DNA from: Mytilus edulis
Taxonomy: Eukaryota
NCBI RefSeq assembly: GCF_963676685.1
Contig: NC_092345.1
Coordinates: 24,862,001-24,926,000 of the forward strand
Direction of reading: 5' to 3'
Length of the DNA stretch: 64,000 bases
Below are positions 14,424 to 25,812 of this stretch, piece after piece (within the stretch, counting starts at the first letter, position 1; each line of letters opens with the position of its first letter). A model generated the notes under the pieces. That model did no database searches. It saw nothing but the letters and a program-made list of their open reading frames with translations, and had not been told where the DNA came from. A program made the position numbers and the translations under genes.

Positions 14424-15220
14424 TAAACTGAACACAGAAAGAGACTTGTTTTGTACGTTCATAAAATATAACATTGGAAGATATTTAAAAGTTATATATA
14501 CGATATCAATTTCGCTTCATAATAAAGACCGTATGGTGAGATATAGTATTTACATTATACAACGACGATATTAAGACTGGTTGATAGTTGCCTCATTAGT
14601 TATTAAGTCTCCTTATTTTAACCTCAATTACTATTTCAAATTTCTTTATATTTGGACTCTGTTAACAAAATAAAATTGACAAAAACATAAAACAAATCCT
14701 AAAGTCAAGGTACTATTTGAATTCGACTTACTTAGATAAGAAAACTCCAAGCAGTGAATATAAAAGAGGGACGAAAGATACCAAAGGGACAGTCAAACTC
14801 ATAAATCTAAAACAAACTGACAACGCCATGGCTAAAAATAAAAAAGACAAACAGAAAAACAATAGTACACACGACACAACATAGAAAACTAAAGAATAAA
14901 CAACACGAACCCCACCAAAAACTAGGGGTGATCTCAGGTGCTCCGGAAGGTATAACATTTTCCTAAGTCTAACTAATAATATCACGGAACAGAAAAATAA
15001 GTATGAAAGCTAATCTATAAATAGCAGGTGTCTGATCTTCAATAGAAACTGGAATCGAAGTTCATAGGATATATGCCTCAATTATAATAATCTAATACAT
15101 CTAAGACACGCCAACTGATCCTGGAACATGTACATATTTTTCCAAGACTCATTTCATTTAATTATCAAAGTTTTTTTTATTTTAAGTTTTTTTTTAGATT
15201 TGTTTATTGGTTTATTTTAG

Positions 15221-15879
15221 ATGATCAGGCTGGATATTTATTTACTTTGAAATTTGATAGAGAGTCGACTCATTCATCACTGTTCCTGTCTGATGATCAT
15301 ACAGTGCTGGGTAATTCATTCACTAAAGAAACACCGAATCCCGTGAATCATCCGAAACAGTTTAACACTTACATAGGAACAATAGGAGATAGATGCTTAA
15401 CTTCTACAAGTAAACTATACTTTGAGATTACGTTCTCGTACGAAATATTAGGGTGGATAAACTCAACAAACTTAGTCCTCGAAGTAGCAGTGGCTAGTCG
15501 TGAAAAATTAGACAGCCAACATTATGTCGGATACCACGGCTGGTCGTTTATTTTAAGCAATTGCAATACTAGCATTTGCCTTAAATCCACATCTGGTTCT
15601 ACGAAGACGGTTGAAAAAGTTAAGATAATAAGTAGCAGTAATACAGCCGGTACAGTGATCACAGGAAGACTTGGATTTTTTGTTAACATGGACCGTCATG
15701 AGTTTTCAGTTATTGACAAGGACAGTTCGAAAATCTTGTCAACGTTTACAAAGGTAGTGTCTGCTGATCAGCTTTGTCTAGCGTTTGGTATTTATAACCA
15801 CCAAATTCTTGAAACAAAACTGAAAATAATGTATTCTTACGATTTCAAAAATCTTCCAATTATCAATGTTGTTGCTTAG
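15221..15879 (+). CDS. Gene A terminal exon: B30.2/PRY-SPRY-like domain
   Basis: Phase-1 acceptor tttattttag|AT is in frame with ORF 15247-15879. Motifs LKFDRESTHSSLFLSDD (PRY-like LxLDxxTAHxxLxLSxD), GDRCLTSTSKLYFEI, GRLGFFVNMDRHEFSVID and TF...LCLAFGIY match the B30.2 pattern. Spliced CDS is 993 nt = 330 aa. Confidence 0.85.
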
Positions 15880-16009
15880 ATAATAGGGTTACTTATAGTG
15901 GGAACATTGTACCAAGCAGTTTGTTAGTATCTTAATACACTTACTCGAAAGTGTTATGTAACATACTGTGAGGGACAATAATCCTCTTTAATAGTGTAGT
16001 ATTTTAATC

Positions 16010-16665
16010 ATAATATAGAACGTACTATTTCAGTATTTGATGAAGCTTCTGCCACCTCCTTAAGCTCTGATGTACGCATTCAGGACGCAATATCATTTGC
16101 CGCCTTCTTGTGTACATTTTGTTTAATTGCGTGCACGTTGAAAAGCATCCAAGTTGACATAAATGTGGAGTCTTTATAATTTTACCATCCTTTAAATAGA
16201 TGGTTAATCGAAATAAAAAATATGCAATTGTGAAATTTGAAAGTTTGTGTTATTTCAAGCATGCATGTGAATGAAACGTTTAACTTCTGTCAAATTTTGT
16301 GTGATTTTATGCGATATATGGTAAATGATTTTCTGGGTAAACGGTCCAAGTCTGAGAAACAATTTGATTTTTTGCAGTTTAAATATAAAGAATTAAACAT
16401 CTGTCCCTCAAGTGGAACAAAATTTCATTTAACTAATGAAGAAATAATTGGGTCCCTATTGTACAATTATCGTTTTCATCGCCATACCAAGGGTTGTTAG
16501 GGGTATAGAAATATTGTCATTCGTTCATCCCAGTGGGTTGTCAATTTTCCTGTGTGGGATGTTTAAATTCGAAATAAGGTCCGAACCACCGATGCTGATA
16601 ACTCTGAGCATTAGGAATTCTCGCAACAACTCTTTGTGAGGTCCGTACGTGGTCTGCTGCAAGGT
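16010..16665 (-). pseudogene. Decayed antisense coding remnant of an unidentified gene (copy 1)
   Basis: Minus-strand peptides HVRTSQRVVA, EFKHPTQEN, WTVYPENH and RTSELKEVAEASSNTE are conserved with 47290-48145, with third-position substitutions. Multiple stops and frameshifts. Confidence 0.6.
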
Positions 16666-16849
16666 TAAATTGTGATACCTACCAATTTAGCTGCATTTCA
16701 ACTCAACGGATTTTTTTCTGTCTGCTACGTATATTCAAATAAAAATATCAGTAAAAATATTGGCAAATATAAAATTTCTGTTTATCAAAGTAATCAACAT
16801 GAAAAATTTCATATTGTATTATGATTATATATTGCATTATAAACACATA

Positions 16850-19454
16850 GCAAAGAGGGGGATATAGCAGATCGTTACCCAGAGAAAACATTGTCATCAG
16901 AGGTTAAAGTGAAGAGCAATGGGCTTACATCGTCGAAAATAACATTGGATTTTTCATCAAAATTCAAATGACAAACTTAAATATCTTTTACAATTGATAA
17001 TGTATCTTTAAATTCAAAATTTTATCCATCTCCATCCATGTCTTGTTTGATGTAATATTTCACAATCGTAATTGAAAAATCGTAAATGGCAAATTTCTAT
17101 GAAACTAGAGTAAGTATACTAAATATAGTGTCAAGGAACAGTTGATATATATTCTCATCAGAGAAATTATTTAGAAATAGCCAAACTTTAATAGTTTAAA
17201 TTCAAGGACCTTTTACAAATATCACTGCTTGAGAAATAAATATAGAGGAAAAAACACTTCATTTTACTGATTGTTCAAGTTATCTATCGATGATCTCTTT
17301 TCTTCTACTTAACATGATTCCAATGGAGAAACAAAATAACGTATTATAGTACACAATACTTAAAAAGCTCACTTAAACTTTAGACTTCATTCGTACCTAC
17401 AATTATAGTACTTCAAAACACAAAAGTTACTAAAACTGACAATGGAAATCACACAGCTGTTTCATTCTTGGCAAAACCCTACCTATAAGCAGCAAGTGCA
17501 TGATCAAGTACATTAAATAGCTATATATACTGCTCTTTGAAAAACTGAATATGCAGGCAATTTTAAGAAAACATTTGTATTTGTTTTGTTATTTTGTTAT
17601 TTCTACCTGTCAAATTAGAATTAAATGAAAATATTTCGTTACATTTGTGTTTTGTTGATCTAGTCCTTTCTCACAATAGTATTTTAGAAGATGGCTTTTG
17701 TCGGGAACCCTTTTAAGATGTTGAAGTATGTCTGCTTTGAATCAAAATACAAAATATATTACTAGAGATGTTTAATTGCTTTACTTTTGGGCAATGGTAT
17801 AGACATATACAAGGTATAAACGTCAATTTAAAACATCTGAGGAATTCAAAACTTTACATACGAAAGCACCTTCGACGAAGATCTTTTAATTTAAAGTTGT
17901 CCGTCTCAGTGAACTTTAAAGTCTAAAAAGAGGCTGCCTTTCTAGGTTATTTAGTTTCATTTATGTCGAATATACACGATTCAAATATATGATAAAAATA
18001 ATTATAATTCAACATTAATATATTTATCCACACACTATCAATCAAGAAAGCCATCTGTGTGTTAAACGTTAAACATAACCAACTCGGGGGAAACAAATGT
18101 CTCTCAAAAAGTTAAACAGTTGTTCAAACTAAATTTTTTTGTTGTACAAAATACATTTGAGATCTCATTCACAAATTGTATTTTCAAATCTCTGTTTGCA
18201 GAAAAATGTCAATTAAAAATATAAAAAAGAAGTTGTGGTATAATTGCCAATGAGACAACTCTCAACAAGACACACAAAAAAATTAACAACCATACGTCAC
18301 CGTACGGCCTTCAACAATGAGCATAGCCCATATCGCATAGTCAGCTATAAAAGGCCTTGAAATGAAAAATGTAAAACAATTCAAACGAGAACACTAACTG
18401 CCTTATTTATACACAAAAAAAAAGTTGATCTTCCGATTGAGCAGACATAGTATTGTAGTAGATTTGAAGTTTTTTGGCTATTTAAGATTGTGATCAGGAA
18501 AATAGGTAGACACATTGGCACTGCTATAACATTTACATATAATATCAACAAATGCAATGAACTTCATCTTGCATTCAATACAGCTTGTAAATAGATTTCT
18601 TTAAATACACCAAATTTGCAAATGGGTGAGGAAATTGACACATCGAACTACGTTGACATACTTACAATTTCGATGACAATGAGACATACAAAGAAATTTT
18701 AAAAAAAAACTCAGAACCTTGAATCCAAATTTCGTTTTTTAAACATCTGAAAATTATAAATTTTATACAGAAAACAAAAACAGTTCAGGTTGTTATAATT
18801 AAGATGCACCTCAAAAATTGTTTATTCCAAAGATACAAATATTTAAACAAATACGGTTATTATTCCCCATTTCTGGGCATTATGTTTTGTAGCATGTACG
18901 TCTGTCCGTTCATGCGTTAGTCCGTCCATCCGTTTTTCCCGTTTCAGGTTAAAGGTTTTGGTCGAGGTGGTTTTTAATGAAGTTGAAGTCCAATCAACTT
19001 GAAACTTAGTACACATCTTTCCTATGATATGATATCTCTAATTTAATGTCAAATTAGAGATGTCCCCCCATTTGCACGGTCCACTGAACAAAGAAAATGA
19101 TAGTGCGGATGGCAGATCCGTGTCCTGCGGATATATTCTTGTTTTTTTTAATAAAATAGAAGCACTTTTTGATGAGTAACTATAAAATCTCCGAGGAAAC
19201 GATCATTTTCGATTGCCTTTCATTGTTGAAAGATTACGATTATCAAACCATAGATAAGGAGTTTTGGAAATTGTATATTGTTATTCTACATTTTTGTTTT
19301 CTTATTATTTTTATTAATCTTCTTCAACAGATTTTGACCAGCTAGTTCCCGGAATTAAATGGGCCAATGTTGATGGAACTCTACTTTAAGGAGAATCCCC
19401 ATGTGAAGTTGTGCATCTTGCTAAATAATGGTCCGAAATTGCCATCATTTCCAT
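16850..19454 (+). pseudogene. Possible heavily decayed LRR/Toll-like receptor remnant
   Basis: Scattered LRR-like peptides in shifting frames (LQNTKVTK, EKLNM, GNPF, VLNVKHNQLG, ELHLAFN, KLRTLNPNF) and a TM-like run KEFWKLYIVILHFCFLIIFINLL near 19260-19330. Many stops; interrupted by repeats. Confidence 0.3.
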
Positions 19455-19699
19455 GCAGTAATACAGCCGGTACACTTGTCATAGGAAGACTTGGGTTTTT
19501 TGTTAACATGAATCGCAATGAGTTTTCCGTTATTAACAAGGACAGTTCGAAAATATTGTTCACGTTTATGAAAGTAGTATCCGCTGATCAGCTTTGTCTA
19601 GCGTTTGGTGTTTATAATCCTAAAAGATTTGAAACAAAACTGGAAGTTATGTATGCGTATGATTTCACAAATCTTCCAATTTTCAATGTGGTTGCTTAG
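19455..19699 (+). pseudogene. Orphan 3' third of a SPRY exon (fourth family member, 5'-truncated)
   Basis: SNTAGTLVIGRLGFFVNMNRNEFSVINKDSSKILFTF...NLPIFNVVA* aligns with the C-termini of genes A and B. Homology begins abruptly at gcagtaatacagccgg. Confidence 0.85.
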
Positions 19700-19804
19700 A
19701 TTTTTTGTTTGGAAAACACAGTTTGACCAATGTTCAACCAGCTATATTTAAAACACAATTATAATTATAGGGTCATTACACTAATAGTTATTCTTCTTTT
19801 GTGT

Positions 19805-20250
19805 ACTAACCTTTTTATAATATAGTCCCAAATATTTCCGCAGCACAAATGTTTCGTTTGATTAAGTGTACATGGATTAGATCACAATTGACAGCTAGAA
19901 TTTCAGTCCAGTATCAACGAGTGGATTGTCATAATAGCTTAACCATCTTTTATATTGAATATTGTACCGAAATGAAAATTATGCGAAGTTGCATGAACAT
20001 TTGGTTCCCAATTACAACTATCATTTTAATTGGCACACCAACGGTTGACTTGGAGTATAGAAATATTGTCATATTTTGGTCTTTTTATGACCGTCATTGA
20101 AAAGTTTAATGTACTTACCATTTTTATGAAATAGTCCACAATATCTCCGCAGCCCAGATGTTTCGTTTGATTTCACGAACATGCAATTGTATCCCAATTT
20201 GAAGCTATATTGTCAGTCAAGTACCGACGAATGAAGTGTCATAATTTGCT
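19805..20250 (-). pseudogene. Fragments of the same antisense remnant (copy 3, with a diverged internal duplicate 19812-19940 / 20120-20250)
   Basis: gtatagaaatattgtcat and flanks are shared with ~16500. Minus-strand HxIKRN..AAEI resembles HAIKQNVHKKAANDI of copy 1. Confidence 0.5.
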
Positions 20251-22564
20251 TTGTTTGGTTGTGTAAATGAGAATATTGAATAAATGTGAACATAGTAAAA
20301 TATGATTAAAAACTACAATCATTGAATGACTGGCGAACGAAAAGCATTTGTATTCGTTGAATATTTCCTGTATTTCGTTATGTGACATTTTATTTACATC
20401 AAAACAACTTCCCCTTTATTACAGCTCTAATTGTTTACTGTATATAGAACTATGGCTACTTGTGCTGTTCCTTCTGGCACCAAAATTCATGAAAAAATGG
20501 AAGTCCTTTTAGATGTGCGAGACGTAAACATATACAATCCCGTCAGGACTATCGGGACGTAAAACCAAATTTTCTCGTTTTGACACAAAAGATCTGTGTA
20601 TAAAATAGTTCATCTATCTGTAGGTGAAATTCTGCAATTCAAATATTATTTATCTTTCTGACATACTCTCTTTAATCAAAAGTATCAATTTCCCGCCTTT
20701 TATGTTTGTTTTTTCTGACAAGTACTCTAAAGTGCCTGATGAGGACTTTAACTTGTCCCAGGCAATCTAAAAGCCGTTAATAATAAACCAAGCCTACCAA
20801 AAACTGTTCGGATGTTTGAAAATATAAAATATTAGTAACATTTTTAAAACTCATGGTAAACGCATGAAACTATGATATCATTAAAATTGCTTTATACATT
20901 TGAACTTTTTTAAAACATTGCTGCTTATAAGATAGATACATAATTCTTGTTCTTCTGGTCAACTAAAACACCCCGTGTCCTGTCGTGGTTATTTATTTCA
21001 GAGACAAGAGCGTGTGTTTTGTGTTGCTTTATATATTTTTTATCATTAAAATGATGTTCAACTTTACAATCTACTGTATATAATGTTTGATTTAATTATG
21101 TATTTTGAATGTTGTATGCAAGTTGCTTGACTTTAATAAAATCTTAAATCTTGGAACACTTTTTTTCTTGGGGGAATGATCCATTGTCTTTTTACATTAT
21201 TTACCCCCAGTGCTTAAGTTTTTTAAGTATTATCTGTTCATACTACTGTGACTTGACTGTTAGTGTTGCTATTCGTTTTGCAATGTATTCAAAATTCTGA
21301 CCAAATTATAATTTGTTTTATCGAAACATAACTGTTAGTAGTCAACAACTCGGTGTTGACATGCATATCAATAATGTGGTCCTTTTTTTAATTTCCTGTT
21401 TACAAAACTTTAAATTTTTCGAAAAACTAAGGATTGTCGTATCCCAGGCATAGATTACCTTAGCCATATTTGGCACAACTTTTTGGAATTTTGGATCCTC
21501 AATGCTTTTTAACTTTTTACTTGTTTGGCTTTATATTTTTTTTATATGAACGTCACTGATGAGTCTTATGTAGACGAAACGCGCGTCTGGAGTACTAAAT
21601 TATAATCCTGGTACCTTTGATAACTATATTCAATTGGTCATACAAATTGCTGTAGAAAACCACAGTCATTGCGTTAAAAAAGAGGGACGAAAGATACCAG
21701 AGGGACAGTTAAACTCCTAAATCGTAAATAAACTTACAGCGCCATGGCCAAAAATGAAAAGGACAAACAGACAAACAACAGTACACATAACACAACATAG
21801 AAAACTAAAGATTAAACAACACGAACACCACTAAAAACTAGGGGTGATCTCAGGTGCTCCGGAAGGGTAAGCATATCCTGTTCTACATGTGGCACCCGTC
21901 GTGTTGCTAATGAGATAACAAATCCGGTAAATAGTTTTTTTGGTAGGTCACATTTATGAAAGGGAAGAAGACCGAAGTTACGACGTTCGGGACATATCCG
22001 ATATCATTTGTAAAACGGTTATTCCATAACGGTCAACCAACTCGTGACATATTATCGAGATAATTTGATTTGTAATATTTGTCCGTCAAAGTAATTTCAT
22101 TAACATGAACCGTCGTTTCTGTCTAAAGTTTTTTTTTGTTGGAAGAAACAATCAAGATTCAATATGTTATCACAAAGATAGAAACGTGTTTCAAGATCAT
22201 TTAACCATCGTCCAGCTGATTGGTGAAGCTGTGTGAATTTTTATTCGATAAAGAACAAGCTGAGAGTAGCCGATATATAATATAAAAACTGTTAGAGATC
22301 GTATACAAAAATATCTTATACACATTGTCTATATCAAAATACAAAACAATAAGGTATGATTGCCAATGAGGCAAACCTTCACAGAGACAAATCAAAACAG
22401 AGACTAACATAGGGCACTGTACGACCTTAGTGTATACATGATAAGTTAAAGAATTCGAATTCAAATTAGAACTTTACTCGTTTCAAAATGCTTCAAAAAT
22501 GCAATCATTAAATAATATTAAAAAAACAACTGATATGTGCAGGTTAGTGGTTTCACTGCACTGT

Positions 22565-22566
<2 letters not shown>

Positions 22567-22596
<30 letters not shown>
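22567..22596. repeat. (GT)n microsatellite
   Basis: About 15 GT units. Confidence 0.95.
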
Positions 22597-22597
<1 letters not shown>

Positions 22598-25500
22598 CGT
22601 ATCTAAATATCTCGAGAAGTCGAGAAGAAAATATGGTGTCTCCTCTAAACGTCCTTTCTTATGATTTTTGTAACGACTTTACTATTTGAAACATCTAACA
22701 CTTCATATTTAAACTTAAAGCACCTGAATGTTGTGTATGTTTGGTGCGGATGTGGAGCCTTGTCATCAAGAGCATATGCTTACAATCCACTTCCTAAGAA
22801 ATTTTTACATGAGTTAAAGGTAACACAAATGTCATGGTTATATACCATTTTATCGTCCTGATATTTTAAATAAGTGCTTCATGGATTCGTATATTCTTGT
22901 ATTTTTACTGCGAAGATATTTTAAAAAGTGGTAGTTATTGATTAAATAAACTGTTTAAAAGATGTCAAGTAGTTTGATCATCTTTACCGTATTGATCGAC
23001 TTTAAATTTCATTACAAACAGAATGTAAAAAGATTTGCAATGACGGCGATAAATAAAAACACTATAAAGACACGAAATATGACGAAATTCATCGTTTTGT
23101 CTTTAAACATCTATGAATGAAATATAGCATAAGGCGTCTCATTCGTTGTGACTATTTTGAATATCAGTGTGTAACTTACTTGTAAACATTGCAAAACAGA
23201 AATACTGTATACATGTAGCAAGAACTTAACAAGCTAACTAAAAATAAAAGTGTTGTATATTTGCTTAAAAAATATATGTGTCCTAGTGTTAAATGATTTT
23301 AGTGTTGCATGAGTTCATAATAAGTGTTAATGGTTTACAAAAAGAGTAAACAATGTGGGTTACTAGCGTACTAAACTATAATCCTGGTACCTTTGATAAC
23401 TATTATAACAAACTTTACACGGTATGAGTGTTTTTCCTAAACATGTTGTACCTTCTGGTACGGCCATAGGTTTTTGACGCAAACTAGTTAAATGTGTATA
23501 TAACAACGTTCAAATCAATTTTTATTAGTACGCTCCTGACTTATGACAGATTAACTGTGATCCATAGGTTTTAAGCAATACAGAATTTTGCTTTAACAAT
23601 ATATGTCATTAGTCAATAAATTAGCTATAATTAGCATGTGTATTTTTATCTTTAGCAGTTGAATTAATCGAGGGTAGCATTGTTTTTAAAAGCTACGATT
23701 AAGAAATACCAATAGCAAAAAAGTTATATGTTTTTCATGACTGTCATGACTGTATTTTAATGACCAGTTGACTTCCCTCTTATTACTCGTATACACTGAC
23801 AGTAGCAATTATAGGCGGTATACATGTTTATTCAAGCTTTTAAGAATTTTTTATTACAGATGAAAACTTTATATGACTTGCAACTAGATTTTGCAAAGTT
23901 AAACTTTTTAAAAGTAGAAAAACGTTTGTTTCATTAAACTGTGTAGAAGTGTAAAGTGTATACAACAGAAGAGTCAAAGGAATTGAAAGTTCCATTTAAA
24001 ACACATAATTCATCTACAACATAATTCCAAAAGACCGAGATGAAAAACAAAAAATTGACTATTTGTATGTTATCAAGGTAGCCATAGATAGATAATCCCT
24101 GACGTTTAGATAACTTATGGCTATAGCATTGTCTGATGGGTAGTAATTAATGGATTCACATTATGATCTACAATGTAAATTGCATAAATGTCAGTACTGT
24201 GGATTTGTTTGTAATGTAAATGTGGTAAGCGTAACAGTCATGTCAAAGTAAATGAATGTCAATCGTTATAATTATTAGCCATGACTGTTAGTCTGACCTT
24301 TCATTCTAAGTTGACTTTTGTAGACCTTCTAATCACACTTAAGACTGATAAACATTACTTGTACCCACCTTTATAATAGCTTGGCTTCAATCGTTAAAAG
24401 TAGGTAACCCACATGAAATCAAGTGGCGTTGATTTGCAATACAAAACGAAGGACCTGATATCTTATTGGTATTTAATCATTTCAAACATGTTCTTAAATC
24501 ACCTGAGATCATTCGAAAATAAACATGAACAAATAGTTTGTTGTTTGATAAAACTTTACTGATAAAAATAAATACACCGCCTTTACTATCCTTTGTGGGT
24601 GATGGCTAGCTGTAGATACCAGAATATTTAGCAAAAATCAAAAACCCTGAGATACTTTCTGTTTAAAGGAAAACACACATGTTGAAAATTGTCCTTCTCT
24701 TTGTTTTTTTTCGAAAGTAGATGGAAAGTTAATAATAACAAGTGCAAAACACTTTTCTAGAGCAGAAACGGAAGATCGCCAAGTTTACTGAGAAAATAAT
24801 GGAGTGATTCTTTTAATAATAAGGATGTGACACACGTTGTAGTATGCAACGGTCTTCTTTAGGATGTTCATTTATATTAGGTAACGAGTGGGTAGAACTG
24901 AAATACAAGATCAGATGTAATGCACAAGGAAATGAGATGAGTTCGATATGTAATTTCTTCCAAAATGTTTTTTTTTTAATTTTATTTATGATACTAAATG
25001 TCATTGGATTGATTAAGGAAAAAAATGAGTAAAGATAAATGGCTTATAATTTATAAACGAATAATGGCGTTTTTGGATAACATCTTTTAGAGCATTTCGA
25101 AAATAAAGACAACAGTAGTATACCGCTGTTCAAAAACCATAAATTGATTGAGGGAATACAAATCCTGGTTTTAAATTAAATTCGAGGAAACGAAACAACA
25201 GAAACACTGAGGAGCAACAAGAAACCACATGACAATGCAACACACACACAGATATAATCGAAGTAGGTATTACCAATGTGATTTCAACTGATCGGGCGGA
25301 GCTTACATTTCAATTTGCAAAGGGACAGTCTATTTGAAGATGTGTGTGATAAGAATGATTGATTACCGTTATAATTATCATTGAATTCTAATCACCAATC
25401 AGTGTCATAAAAGGAATTTACAAAAATTGACTGGACACTTCATTGATGGGCTTATCCTAAAACACCTATCTGTAGATGGACGGTTTTTATGAGCGATCCG

Positions 25501-25704
25501 GTTAAACTCCGCTCAGTTAAATGAAATAAATCGAGTAATAAATCTTAATAAAATTTAAAAATAAATAAACACGTATGATAAATAACATAACCTCCACATT
25601 GCGTAGTCTTACACTAGTGATGGTAGTATGTTAACAAGAAAAAGTGTTTTCTAATAAATTAATCAAAGGTGCCTCTTACCTATTTGTTTTCTTATGTTTA
25701 ACAG

Positions 25705-25812
25705 AACCCGTATTAACGAAAAATAGAAGTACGATTCCGTATGCCTTCTGAATTTCTGTTCATGAACTCGTACCTTATCTCATTGATCATGTTGATATCA
25801 CATTTACCCTCG
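25705..25812 (+). pseudogene. Exon-like segment with CARD-like peptide and an in-frame stop
   Basis: Pyrimidine tract + aacag| acceptor and |gtgagt donor bound 108 nt (phase 1-1). Reads EPVLTKNRSTIPYAF*ISVHELVPYLIDHVDITFTL. Confidence 0.3.

Noticed and set aside
14728-14985. Hydrophobic ORFs ending ...LTVPLVSFVPL (also 51574-51795, 58635-58823)
   Set aside because: Translations of the non-coding tail of the abundant Penelope-like repeat.
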